In this document: positions 36,501 to 48,987 of the stretch, piece by piece
How the letters are laid out: the number at the start of each line of letters is the position of its first letter
Numbering within the stretch: position 1 is the stretch's first letter
NCBI GenBank assembly: GCA_030141605.1
Contig: JAQGDQ010000139.1
Coordinates: 310,001 to 374,000, forward strand
Reading direction: 5' to 3'
Source: Tubiluchus corallicola
Lineage: Eukaryota > Animalia > Priapulida
DNA: 64,000 bases
Position numbers and translations under genes: made by a program
Notes under the pieces: model-generated
What the model saw: only the letters and a program-made list of their open reading frames with translations
Told to the model about the DNA's origin: nothing
Database searches by the model: none

Positions 36501-38156
36501 TTGTTTGCTATCATATATATGTGTCAGTTTTATTTATTTCATTTTTAGGTAAGTAATTTTTGTCTTTACTTCTACTGTTATAGAAATTTTTATTCGAAGG
36601 CTACAAAAGGCAATCAATTCCATTGAAAAAATAATTATATACAGACTCACTGTATGGCAGTTCTTTACACCAATCTTCAATTTCGGCCACTTTCTAACTA
36701 ATATAAAATATTAATTTCTGATTTTGGATTCATTGAATTTCTTGTTGCTCGGTTTTTCATTGTCTAGAAAATGGTGGTGGTTGTCCCAGCAAAATATTTG
36801 TTACTGAAATACGGAAAAGATTTTTAAGACTTATTGATAAATTTTACAAAAGGCATATCATTGCATTGGGCTTAAACCAACTCATCTTTAATCGTAATTT
36901 TTCAGGCATGTCTCATAAACATAGATCAGTTTAGAGTTTTTCTTTCTAGTCAATTTAGATTTTGTTTTGCTCAAAGTGATTGGTTGTTAATTACTAATTA
37001 AAAATGATGTTTTTGGACATTTTTGGCTGTTTTTTCTGTTAACGATTACTGATCTTCAGAGTAATTGCAGATCAATAATTTGTTTTTTGCCACTTCCACT
37101 TGCTTTTTGTCTTTTATCAATGGTGCTTGGTTTATTCAGAACTAATTGTAGCACATCCAATAACTGTTCAGCCAATTCACGAGTCGTTTAAGAAATTTTC
37201 TCAAGTCATAGTTCGTAGTTATTGCGGTATACATTAATTTCATAGCGGTGCAGGCATTTGGTGGTCAGTTCCGGTTAATTCATAATCTCAAAAATGCAAT
37301 CATTAGTCATTGTCTGATTAAATATTTTGTCCGTGTTCCAGTATTTTTTTCCTTTGTTAAATATTTTTGCTCTATCTAAAATTGAGTTTCCATTCCGTGA
37401 ATTGTTTGTATTGATCCTTTGACTGAAAAAAGGTCAATATTCTCGGGTTTTATAATTTTTTGGAGAAATCTAAACATTTTTTGCGCTTCAACACAACAAA
37501 AATCGTCGCGCGCTTTCTTTTCTGTGATATACTGTGTGTTGGTTGTATTGGAATTTTTTTGCTGTGGAAGCTTTTTCATAGTCTGTATTTTTCATTAGGA
37601 TCTGGACATCATTCACATTGTCTTTTAACTAATTGTCCGTAAGTCCCTTCTATGGTTGTGTTGTGATACACATTTGAAATTCCGGGTAAGTATTAGTTTT
37701 GAAGCTTTGTAATGTGTATTTTAGAAGAAAGTTTCATTATATTAATTTTTAAGCTTGATTATTTTAAACTTGGAGACATCTCCAAAAATGTTACTTTCTA
37801 AGCACTTCTACTGTAGTATTATTGGCATTACATGTACCAAAGCTTTTAAGAATTTGTTATTAAATTATTTATTTGAAAGAAAGCAACCCAAAACAATGTT
37901 TCGATCACAATATTTAATAAAATTCTATTTTATTATAATATTCTTGTGTTCTTCTAGTATTTCAATTTTTCAAACCAAACAAACTGTGTGGACATAAATT
38001 TTGTTACACAACTGCTTTTACAAGGTGTGGTGGACGTGAGACAATTGTACAACTTGCACAATTGCTGCTGTGTTTTGGGCAAATAATATTTACACATTTA
38101 GACACTTAGACACTAAAAACAGGAGACAAGATTGTGTCTTGTGTTTGGTGAGCATC

Positions 38157-38460
38157 TAGTGTTTGAATTTGATTCAAATGAGTTTTTTAATTCAAATTCA
38201 ATTCACACATAAAATTATGGATTCGAGTAATTTATCACTTCAGCTGCAAAACTTTGTTTAAAACAGCAGACAGTCAGCGCAATTTAGTTGTGATTTCTGT
38301 GCACAATTTTTAACAAAATCAAGTAATATGCATAAACTTTGCGAGACATTTTTTATCAATAACTCGAAAAACTTTAAAACTGAATTCGATTCAGATTCAA
38401 AATCTTGAAATTCGGTTTGATTCCAGTTCAAAAGTAAAAAAATTTGATTCAGCCATACTG
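38157..38460. mobile_element. MITE-like dispersed repeat rich in TTCGA/TTCAA; inverted sibling at 44560-44890
   Basis: aatttagttgtgatttctgtgcacaatttt here is the near reverse complement of aaaattgtgcacagaaatcacagctaaatt at about 44725. Confidence 0.6.
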
Positions 38461-38630
38461 CATAGTAGCAATAGATCTGTTTAGTTACACTGCATCATTG
38501 GTAGCATCAAAACATCATGAAAAGTTAGTTTGTCAGCTGGTAAAGAAGTGCCGCTGTGCCAACAGCAGTTTATCACAATAAATGACTGAAACTGAATGTA
38601 TCATCAATCTGTCACATTATTATAACCGAA

Positions 38631-39263
38631 TAGGGGCCGGCAAAAGGGCAAAGCTACCTAGGCGATTATCTAGAGCCTCGCGCTTTGACCCTCAAAATTT
38701 ATTTACGTTTCCTATCAGCTTACAGAGCGTATTTGATGCGAATCCCCGAATCCATTCGCATCAACGTCCATTACAGTGAATCTAGTTAGATTCATATAGA
38801 TCTTGCCAGAATGCTACAAAAATAAAGAAATACTGGCACTAATCTTACTTTTTCACTATTTACCTTACGCTAACACGTACGCTGCCATATTGCGCTTGCG
38901 AAGTCACTTAATTGCTTACTACAACTGCTTTAGATTGTGAGCGATTTTGCCTCAAGGAAAGCCTGAAGTTATTTTTCTTCAGTATATTCATTTGTGTGTT
39001 TTTTTAATTCAGTGTATACAGTTTAGTAGGCACTAAAGAATTGTATTAAAAATTGTATATTTGAATAAATAATGTTCTTTTCATTTTAGTTAGGAAATAG
39101 ACTTATTTGTCTTGAAATTCACAGAATTTGCCTTATTTTTCAGAATTTTTCTGGGGGCTTCGTCCCTCTAACCCCCCACTAGGGAGCTCTGCCCTGGACC
39201 CAGTTGTGGACTTTGCCGCCAAACCCCTCCCTTAGGACCTCACATTTCCTCCCACTGGCCCTG
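38631..39263. mobile_element. hAT-like MITE
   Basis: Ends TAGGGGCCGG...CTGGCCCTG; GC-rich subterminal gggggcttcgtccc..gccctggacccag; sits between minisatellite units. Confidence 0.45.
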
Positions 39264-39575
39264 AACCGTCACCTGGCTGTATTATCATCAATTTATCACA
39301 CTAGTGTGGACTAAGGGGTCACCTAGCAAGTATCATCATTCTGCTGCACTATTCTGGACCGAACAAGGCGAACAGGTCATCGGGCTGTATCATCATCATC
39401 AATTTATCATGCTATTGTGGACCGAAGGGTCACCTAGCTGTATTATCATCAATCTATCAAACTACTGTGGACCGAACAGCTCACCTAGCTGTATTATCAT
39501 CAAATTATCACACTATTGTGGACTGAACAGGTCACCTAGTTGCATTATCTATCTATCATACTAATGTGGGCCAAA
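39264..39575. repeat. Minisatellite of about 51 bp, about 6 copies
   Basis: The unit gtggaccgaacaggtcacctagctgtattatcatcaatttatcacactatt is repeated; one orphan partial unit lies at about 38592-38630. Confidence 0.9.
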
Positions 39576-40399
39576 CATTTCACGATCGTTTCCGAAAGTT
39601 CGCTTGTAATATGTTACGTACAGTAATATAATTTTATTTATCTTATTATATTATAATTCAAAAAGATGTTATATATAACAGTGGTTTAAATAGGCGAGAC
39701 TCTGTTTAGCATTTGTTAAAACGATATAATAATAAAAAGCCAAAAACTAGAGAAATGGAATGCAAGTTAAAGGCAGACCAAATGCATACTGTGTTTACTA
39801 AAAGTAAAAACTAAAGAGCTATGCAGTGGCTAGCTAAGGATGCACTACCGTTATTATTAAAATTTTGCCAAGTTTCTATTAATACCGTACAGTAAGATTT
39901 TTTGCAACACTCGTATAAACTTGGCAAATAATGGAGTGAAGCCATGTGTTGAAAAGAATCGAGAGATTTGGATTACAAGTCCAAATGTCATGATCACTTG
40001 TTATTATCTGGTAATTCCATTGACAACCAATTTCAAACAATTTAACTTGGGAAACTTTTTTATATTAAAATGGTGTGAAAATTTCTCAACTAAACTAGTA
40101 AACTGCCTACATTAGAATGGATTCCATGATAGTAATTTTAACTAATTAGTCATTACAATTGGAAATACCTTCATTTCATTCGGACTGAATACAGTCATTT
40201 GGACTGTACAAAGCCACATAAAACTTAACTTAATATTGCCTACAGTACTTGCTTTTAATACAAACATGCCAAAACTTTTACACTTGCAACAACCTATCTA
40301 AACTATCAACATCAATTTCTATGCTAATATAAGTAATCGTTACAGTAAAAATAATTATCTTAATAGAGGGACTATACAAAGCTATACATAAAACTTATG

Positions 40400-43300
40400 T
40401 CAGTTCTTTGCTTGTGGTGCAACCAAAACTCCCTGTACGGGGGTTTTACTGGTGTCACCATGTGAGTCTTCATCATTACCATCCTGCTCGCCTCGCACTC
40501 TTATATTATGCTTTTCACGGTATTCATTTAACTCTTTGCCTTTGTTGATAACTTGCGTCCTAAGTCGCTCAATTAGATCTGACAGCTGCAAGAAAAAGAT
40601 ACCCAAGTGAATTCACTGAAAGTAACCAGCAAAACAAAATCTATAAAATGAGTTCAAACCAAACTTCAAAATCAGGAAATGTGAACACAGCTTGGATTTC
40701 AGCCAAGGACTTTCTTCTTACAAAATAAATGCCATGACCACTAGACTACCTTGTTCCCAGCAAAGTAAACTTCATTATGATGGGAACATCAGTCAATGGT
40801 GTTAAATGATCGAGCATTAGGATATGGGGTTACTTAGAGTTCAGTTTTGTGTCCCGTTTGATTATTATGCTGCTCTAGAAACTATTACTTTGAACCGTAA
40901 TATACAATGCACCATGTGTGCTGACGACACACAACTCTACATCACATGTCAGGAGAACAGTGTTCCAGTCAATCAAAAACTAAAGCATGTATCGTGAAGC
41001 AAGTATGCGGTGAAATTCGACATTGGATGAAGGACACCAATTTGTCTTAAATGATGGCAAAACAGAATTGGTTCATTTCTCAACTAAATTTCAAGGAGCT
41101 TTTCCTGATCTTCCAGACTGTCCTTCCCAAACTGTGAACAATGTTGGAGTAACTATTGACACTTTTGGCACTATGTCAAACCATGTAGCAAACCTTAGTA
41201 GATCAGCTTCAGTGGCCTTGTGGAAAATTCTACAACTAATTCAGAACTCTGCTGCTCGTCTCATTACCAAAACTAGAAAATATGATCACATTACATCAAT
41301 TTTAACTGAGTCATGTTGCTGCCATAAAGTTCCTAATTAAATTTAAAATACTTTGGATCACCGGTTTGGCACCTGAAATCCCTGCATATCTCACAGATCT
41401 TTTGATACGCCGTAACATAGACCGACACTTTGTTCTAACGCTAATAAACAAATTCATTTATATCATCCAGTTCCAAATCAGTATTCTATGGCGAAAAAGT
41501 TTTTTCTGACTATGTTTTATATTTTTGGAATAGTTTAATGGTTGCTGTATTTTCTGGAGACTCATCAGATTTTTTGAAAGATAACTTAAAACACGTTTAC
41601 ACTTTATATTTTATGGTGAATTAATTATTACTTTTTAACGTATTTCAAATTTTAGTGTATCTTATGAATATAAATGCATTTTATTGTTCAGTGTGCTGAG
41701 ATTTTAAATGATGTAGAGCACTATCCTAATAAATTTTCATTCACTTTTTCCACAGGTTAATGGTTAAGGCAGTGAACTTTGGAGTGTAGTCTAGTAGAGT
41801 AGGATAGTTTTAGCGGCTAGGATAATCTAGCAGTCGTGGTATCTGCCTTGTAAGCAGAAAGTCCTTGGTTCATGTGCAGGCACTGTTCCAACTTATGACA
41901 TTTTTATTTTCAAGTTTTTTTATCTCAAGTTTAATTAATTGTGGGCTTTCATCAGCATTAGTAATAATTAAAGCTATAAATAGTTAAAATCCATTATAAT
42001 TCTTCCCAAGATTATTTTACTCCAACTGCCTATGCTAAAATATGCTTTGACGTAGTTTAAAATTTGTTACCAAAGTTAAGTTTAAAAACATCCAAACACC
42101 CTCATTCAAAATGAGCAAAAACAACATAAATGCCATGTACATGTATTAACATGGTTGATGACTGTGATTACTGACTAGTCTATATCAAGCAATAGATATT
42201 ATAAAAAGTTAAAACAAATCTGCTGTAATGGTTGGCATTACTTGTGTTTTGTTGCCTTCTACTGCTGGTAAAACATCTTTTACTTGTCTTTCGACCACTA
42301 CGCCACCTATCATTCTATAGCAACGTCGTTCTGGGTCTACTTCCTTGAGTGCATCTACTACCAGCCTGCAATAAAATAAATATGTGCATCAGTTAATTTT
42401 TAAAATTCGTACTGAAAATAATGTGCACTAATAAGGCTTCTGCTTAATACATTTACTTATTATTTTGGAGTTTTGCTTAATTTGCCGTAAAAAAGTTGGC
42501 AATTTTTGTGGCAATTCATTGCCACCTATTTTCCATTTTTCTTTCTGTATTCATTTGTAACTTATCTCCTCACTGGGCTGTGACAAAACTATCTTGTCGT
42601 CCCCACTAACCTTGGGTCCGGGTCTGAAACTGTACCTCTGAAGGGTCAGCTTCTCTCGTATTTTCCACATCTGAAACATTTTGAATTTTTGTGGGCCTAC
42701 CCAACAAATGCAAATACGTATATATTATTTATATTTTGTAATTCTGTGATGTAAAATCAAACTTAATATCGTATATGTATGTTAGTTAATGACAATTTTA
42801 TTTGTGTAACGGTGAGTTTTGTTTAACTACTAACCGTCATTGTTTATTTACACAACTAACCGAATGAATGTATTGTATTTACAGTAATTCGAAATAAATT
42901 GCATATATACATATATATATATCATTCCGTTAGTTGCGTAAATAAACAAATAAATAAACAATGCCGGTTAGTAGTTAAAAAACTCACCGTTACACAAATA
43001 AAATTGTCATTAACTAACATACATATACGATATATATATATATACATTTGCGAGCCATGAAAGCTATGACAGTACAATTGAAATATTTTAGTCTTAATAC
43101 AGCTAATTAGGAAACGAGAAGTCACATATGATAGTGTTTGCACAATAAATGAAATCTCCACGCTTACAAAGAATTTCAGCGTTATCCAACAAATTAGATG
43201 TCAGAGGTGGTACCAAGGTGCAGCACTTTGTCGTAGAAAGACACCGGTGTGTTATTTACTTTTACTGTGGGATGTAAGTTGTGGGGAACATTCTAATGAA

Positions 43301-44226
43301 AATAGAAAATTATACATTTGCTCTTTATTTTGTTACGACTTGTGTTTACGAAATGAATATCATAATTTCTGGCATACTCTTCACAAATTTTTAACATGGC
43401 CTGGAGAGCCCGTGTAATGCGCCGAATGTTAGCAGCATGACTGGTATTAAGTCAGTCACACGAAGCCCATATTTTGTACCAAAGCAATGCGGTTGGTTGC
43501 AGCACAAATGACATGTCCAAAAAGAGTGTTGAGCACATATACTTGACTTCAGCTTTTCGGAAGGAACCACTCATTCTGCCTATGCGCCTACACTGTAACA
43601 GACACATTTACGCTATGGCTCATAATCACATTTTAAAATTTAAAGATTAATTGCCACATTTTGGATTTTTTCAGAATCCGACAGCAGTCAGCATGCCTGT
43701 GACTAAGGAATCTTCATTTACTGATGTTAGAATTGCATATTAAGAGCGTAAATCGCTTTATCCAGTACAGATACTAATATATGATGAGAGGTTGGGAGTT
43801 GTCGGGTATCTGAGAAGCATCGACAGGAAACCGTTAAAACAACATGAGCTGACACCACTCAAAATTGTATAATCATAAAAACAAAGATTAACGATTACAA
43901 GTTTCCGAAATACAACGAAACTTTTTTAGCATTAGGTCTGCTACGTGGTGGACTTTGGGAAACTAATATCGCAACAGCACATTGTACTGCAGTTACATGA
44001 TTATGCTTACATCAGAGCTCATATACTGACTGTGTTTAAATAAAGTAATAACTAATGCTTACGTGTGTTCATTCAATTCCATTTCTAGTTCAGATAATTT
44101 AGACGCTAGAGCCCTTTGTTCTTGTCGCAGTTGATTAAACCCGCCTACAATATGTTCTTGGGAAAGTGGCTTCGACTTTCCAGCCTTTTCATTTTGTTCT
44201 TTATTGGGTGCTGCCATTTTACTCAT
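40400..44226 (-). CDS. PFDN2: Prefoldin subunit 2; exons 44063-44226 (alternative start 44217), 42242-42365, 40400-40585
   Basis: Spliced protein ...GFNQLRQEQRALASKLSELEMELNEH-T-LVVDALKEVDPERRCYRMIGGVVVERQVKDVLPA...GKELNEYREKHNIR...GVLV; 154-157 aa. Confidence 0.95.
40740..41620 (+). mobile_element. Decayed L2/CR1-group LINE 3' fragment in PFDN2 intron 2
   Basis: ADDTQLYI, LNDGKTE and LQLIQNSAARLITKTRKYDHITSIL motifs with frameshifts. Confidence 0.8.
41815..41890 (+). pseudogene. tRNA-derived SINE head or tRNA pseudogene with a Thr(TGT)-like anticodon arm
   Basis: TCTGC-CTTGTAA-GCAGA anticodon stem-loop, then a degenerate T-arm (CTTGGTTCATGTGCAGG). The D-arm and acceptor stem are degraded. 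Confidence 0.4.
42766..43033. repeat. Long inverted repeat (arms of about 100-110 bp, spacer of about 55 bp) in PFDN2 intron 1
   Basis: 42766-42867 is the near-perfect reverse complement of 42922-43033. Confidence 0.9.
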
Positions 44227-44559
44227 GCTTGTGAACGCCGCTGATAATAAACGCTGTTCAATAATAAAGGAGTTACCCGCGACCAATCCACACGACGTCT
44301 TTCAATCCATCACTGGGTCGGTTCATTGCTTAAACCTTCTAGCCTAAGGAACAATAGAACTAAAAACTGGTACATTACTCTGCCAGTGATAAACGGAAAG
44401 CACTAAAATAACTTTTTATCGTGCCTGCTTTTGGTAATAGTTGGATGGTGTCACAGTTGGGAGAATGGGTCTTTTGTTGTTTGAGGCTCGTGATGACGGA
44501 TGTATAGAGTAGATAATACCACTATTTAAGTAAGACTGATCATTCTCTACCAAATCAAA

Positions 44560-44890
44560 TAGAATTTATGACTCGAATTCGAATCGAATTCCAGTATTTT
44601 GAATTCGAACTCTGTTTAAAAGATTTTCAAACAAGTTTTCGAACAACCATTAAAAAGCAGAATAACAGAGATTATGTATATTATTCGATCTTGTACTGCA
44701 GTAAAATCTCTAATAATTTATTTCAAAATTGTGCACAGAAATCACAGCTAAATTGTGCTAATTGCATTTCAAGCATTTTAATGATAACGAATATGTGGTT
44801 AAAGTGCTGAATTATTCGAATTTATAATTTTAAGTTTGAATCGAAATCGAACTAAAAAATCTTGTTCGGATCGAATTCTCAACCCTAACC
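44560..44890. mobile_element. MITE-like repeat with multiple TTCGAA motifs; inverted sibling of 38157-38460
   Basis: Shared core in opposite orientation and gaattcgaa-rich ends. Confidence 0.6.
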
Positions 44891-45359
44891 ACAAGAAGGC
44901 ATATAATATTATGTGACCAATAAAAAAGATTTCTAACTTCTAGCCATTAAGCATTACATCTGAGTTTTATAACATCATGATCTCATCTTAAGTTACTGCA
45001 TACAAGATTTGTTTAACAGAATTCTAACACTTCTATGCATGTATAAAACACACTACAAAGTGCTCTCCATTCAATCTAGGCTTCATGCAGCTTTTTACAG
45101 CTCCATCTGTGCCTACCTAGCAACTCTCTTTGAAACGTCTATCAGTTCAACGTTCAGACTGGAACTCTCCCATCTTAACAGCTTGGTATCGCAAATGTAA
45201 CTCTCGTTATGTGAGCTTTCTGGAATTTATCTACGTCATGTAGGGAGTGGCTTATTCAGTGGCGCTGTTGTACTCCCAATAACACTCTATAATCTCAAAA
45301 AATACAATAATTTCTTAAAAATATCTCTACTGCCATTACGCGTGTAATGTTAATTGCAT

Positions 45360-46890
45360 GGTTACAGGGGTTTTGGACACTGGTTTTAGACAGACTATTT
45401 TGACACAAACATTTTGGACACAGGTCATTTGGACAATGGACACAAGGCGATTGGGACACACAGGTAATTTGGACACATAAAGGACATTTGAACACACAGG
45501 ACATAAGGTAATATTGATACATTGGATTTCTGGACACAAGGTGATTTGGACACAGGTTATTTAGACTCCTAAGCCGTTTTGACACTAGGGGTTTTTGACA
45601 CAAGGACATAACTACACATAAGACATTTGGACACAAGGTAATTTTTACACAGGGCATTTGGACACTAGCTATTTCACACAGGATATTAGGGTACATAATT
45701 AATTCGGATACATTACCTGCTTAGACGCCAAAGGTGCCATGTGGAGATTGTACTATTTAGCTACATTGGTTATTTAGTTACATATTTTTACAAGTTAGTA
45801 CAAACTAGAAAGTTTTTTTTACAGCACATTTTATTTCAATTTCAACAAATAAATTGAACTGAAATTGAAACTACTGGACGTTGTTGACTTTCAAAAACTG
45901 TGGTAAAATTCTACTTCTGTGACAGATGTTTTAACTGACAGCATTTGTTTTGTATTTACAAATAAAAATTGTTATCAAAATAATTAACCAGTCCGTCAAT
46001 GACGGTGTAGGTCCACTGAGAAAAAAGTCTGCAATAACCACAACAAACTTGTAAGACATGTGATATAATGATTGTTCAACTACAAAAGCACACTGGCATA
46101 ATGGGGGTCATGTGTTATCACGCTGCCATGCCACCCTACTAGTATATAAATGCGTTAGTGTCAGAAAAACTCTGATAGTGCCTTTATACGGTTTTATACC
46201 GCCCACCAATTATAATGCCCTGGATTGTTAGATCCTGCTGTGCTCTCTGTCTCCCTGTTAACTTTGCATTTAGCATCTTCCTAAATCAGGCCCAGAACAG
46301 ATCCTTAAAGTTATGATTCTAGTACTGAGTTTCTAAGCTTATAGTTCCCTATAATTATTACACAATTGTTTGCGACACTTCCTTTGGATGCCGTGTGAGT
46401 GACCCCAGATGGCCCAAAATTTTTGACCTTGGTCATTCAGTTTGATGTGCATTTTATACAAAGGTTATTACACACCAAAAATCTAAGACGAAGGACAAAA
46501 GGTTTTGGCAAAATAAAGAAAATTAAGTCATTTGTCAACAATGCTCGGCATTTTAATGAACCGCCTCTGCACAAGCTTTAATTTGATATATTACACAATA
46601 TGTTTGACGCATTTCCTGCAGATGCCTTTAGGTGGGCCCACATTTTTTAGCGTCAAATCCGCCTCACCCCAAACTTTAATTTGATATGCTACTTGATATG
46701 ATTGAGGCATTCCCTGTTGATGACCTTTGGGTAACCCCAGGTACTACGAATAAGAAGTAGCTTTATGTCCAAATTGCCTTGTGTCCAAATTGTCTGTGTT
46801 CAAATCGCCTTGTGTCCAAATTGTCTGTGTTCAAATAGCCTTGTACAAATGTCTTGTGGCCAAACATCCCGTGTCCAAATGTCTGCACAA
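45360..46890. mobile_element. Foldback-like element with arms made of roughly 20-bp tandem repeats
   Basis: The left arm 45360-45710 is (..tttggacacaagg..)n and the right arm 46765-46885 is its reverse complement (..ccttgtgtccaaa..)n. Degenerate repeats of about 100 bp lie internally at 46370-46745. Confidence 0.7.
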
Positions 46891-47867
46891 TTGCTCGCTA
46901 TTTGACACCAACTTTATTAAATTTCATGGCTTCCTTCCTATTAAAATCACGCCTCAAAGTTGCATTTTCCCCAAAAAATTTTTGGTTTTGCCAGTGAAAC
47001 TTTGGAAAATCATAAGCTAAACAACTGTACTAACAAAGGCTTCTTTGGATATAGCATCATTTCTGTGATGCTGCATTTGTAAACAATGCTCCACTCAAGA
47101 GCAAAATGTGACATGTGATAATTATCCCAAATGCTACCATAATCAAGGACCGAACACAGATTTAAATGCTAAGGGCAACTTTACGTTTATGCCAATATTA
47201 TCATACTTATAAAATTACGCAGCATAGTAGGCCTTTTTAAATAATCACAGCTGCTACACATTTGTCAAACACTAACTGACTGGCCAATATGTCAACTGCG
47301 TTTTCTTTTTATATATATATGTAGCTAGATTCTAGACACACAAATGTTAATTAATTTCCACAAAAAATATTTAACTGGATATTTATTTAGTGTTTAATTT
47401 CACTTGAAAACATTCAAAATTATGGGTCTCATCATCCCTCGTGGCCTGTATACTTAATCTGCACCAAGACTGTTTCATTATACCCAAGCAGCGATTATCC
47501 AAAACGTTAATATCAAGTACAGACATGCATGACGTGTCGAGCTCGAAATGAAAAACGGCTATCATACATGTTAATTGAATTCCTTAAAAACCTTGTACAT
47601 AAAACTCATTGTTCTAGACTATAATAGCACAAGAGTTAGGCTACACACGAATTTTAATAAACAAACATTTCCGTATGTGTAACTGTAACAAATTTAATAT
47701 AATGAAAAATTATAGTTTACAGACTGTTACTGCCAAATGTAAAGTTTTACAAATTTAATTTTCCTACACATAATTTTGAAAAAGCATTACATTTAAGTCT
47801 GCTGTGAAAGTTTTTACCTACATAAAACCAACTCGTGCTTTGCAAAGTTAATTTTAACAAAAAAAGC

Positions 47868-48442
47868 TTACGCCACGGTTTCACAGAGCTGCGACTTTTT
47901 TTGCGATGATCTAAAATTTTGTGAAAGTTCAAGAATCGACAAAATATTTTTGTGACCGTGTTTTGTTGTAACATTCGTGGAGAGTATGACTTTCGTTACA
48001 TTTTTGCGAATTTTGGATTTTTTTGCCAAGCGAAAATCGCGAGAATGTTGGACAACTTTCCACGGAATTGTCACAGAAAAAGTGCATGACAACAGATGTT
48101 CATCAAAATGTTGCAAAATGGTCAAAAAATAGTCACAAATCCTTCGCAACATTCTCAGAAGCGTCGCAAAATGTTTGTCAAGGTTTCATGGATTTTGAAA
48201 CTGTTGATGAACGTCACGAATAATTTGTGCACATTTCACGAAGTGGCAAGTTTTGCGATTCCGGCGACAACGCTTAAACATTTTAATTTTTAAATTTTTT
48301 TTCCAAATTCGGTGATCTTTTTTGTGCCTAAATACGAACATCCGGGACTGTTTGGCGAACCTTTGATGCAGGTTTGGCAACTATTGGATTTATAAATTTT
48401 ACGACACCAAAGTCGCGAACTCTGTGAAAACTTGGCTTTAAG
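47868..48442. mobile_element. MITE with imperfect TIRs of about 35 bp (PIF/Harbinger-like)
   Basis: Left end ttacgccacggtttcacagagctgcgacttt versus the reverse complement of the right end, ttaaagccaagttttcacagagttcgcgacttt. Confidence 0.6.
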
Positions 48443-48504
48443 CTTATGCAATTAAGCTATAAAGCACCGTTACTTCCATGAACTTATACATTCTACTGCC
48501 AGAT

Positions 48505-48954
48505 TCAATCTTCAATCTTAAAATCACTTTTACCATCCCTCGTGTGAGGAGACAAATATTTGGCATACTTCTTTCCCATGGTATAGTCACTCATTGGATG
48601 TTTCCATCTACCGTAGTCTCTGGCTTTCATCTCTGTAGGACTTATAAAATTAGTCCAATTATAATACTTTTTACACCACATAACTACTCCCCAGAAGCCG
48701 AATGCTGCAGCACAACCAATTCCGACTCCGGTGCTCCGCATTCGCGCACCCACTACTGTTCCAGATGCAAAACCACCTATTAAATAATAAAATTCTCTTT
48801 AGAAGAAATTTTTACCAAAATCACTAGGCTATCATATTTATGACAGCACAAAATAATAATGCCAGCCTTACAGACACGCTCATTAAAAGCTTTGGAAAAT
48901 TTCCAGTCTTAATACTCCTGTTTATATATAATGTTCCTTTTATACACGCATGCA

Positions 48955-48987
<33 letters not shown>

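Noticed and set aside
45295-45696. Cys-rich 133-aa ORF (also 46781-47020 and 39304-39564)
   Set aside because: Translation of 20-bp or 51-bp tandem DNA repeats.
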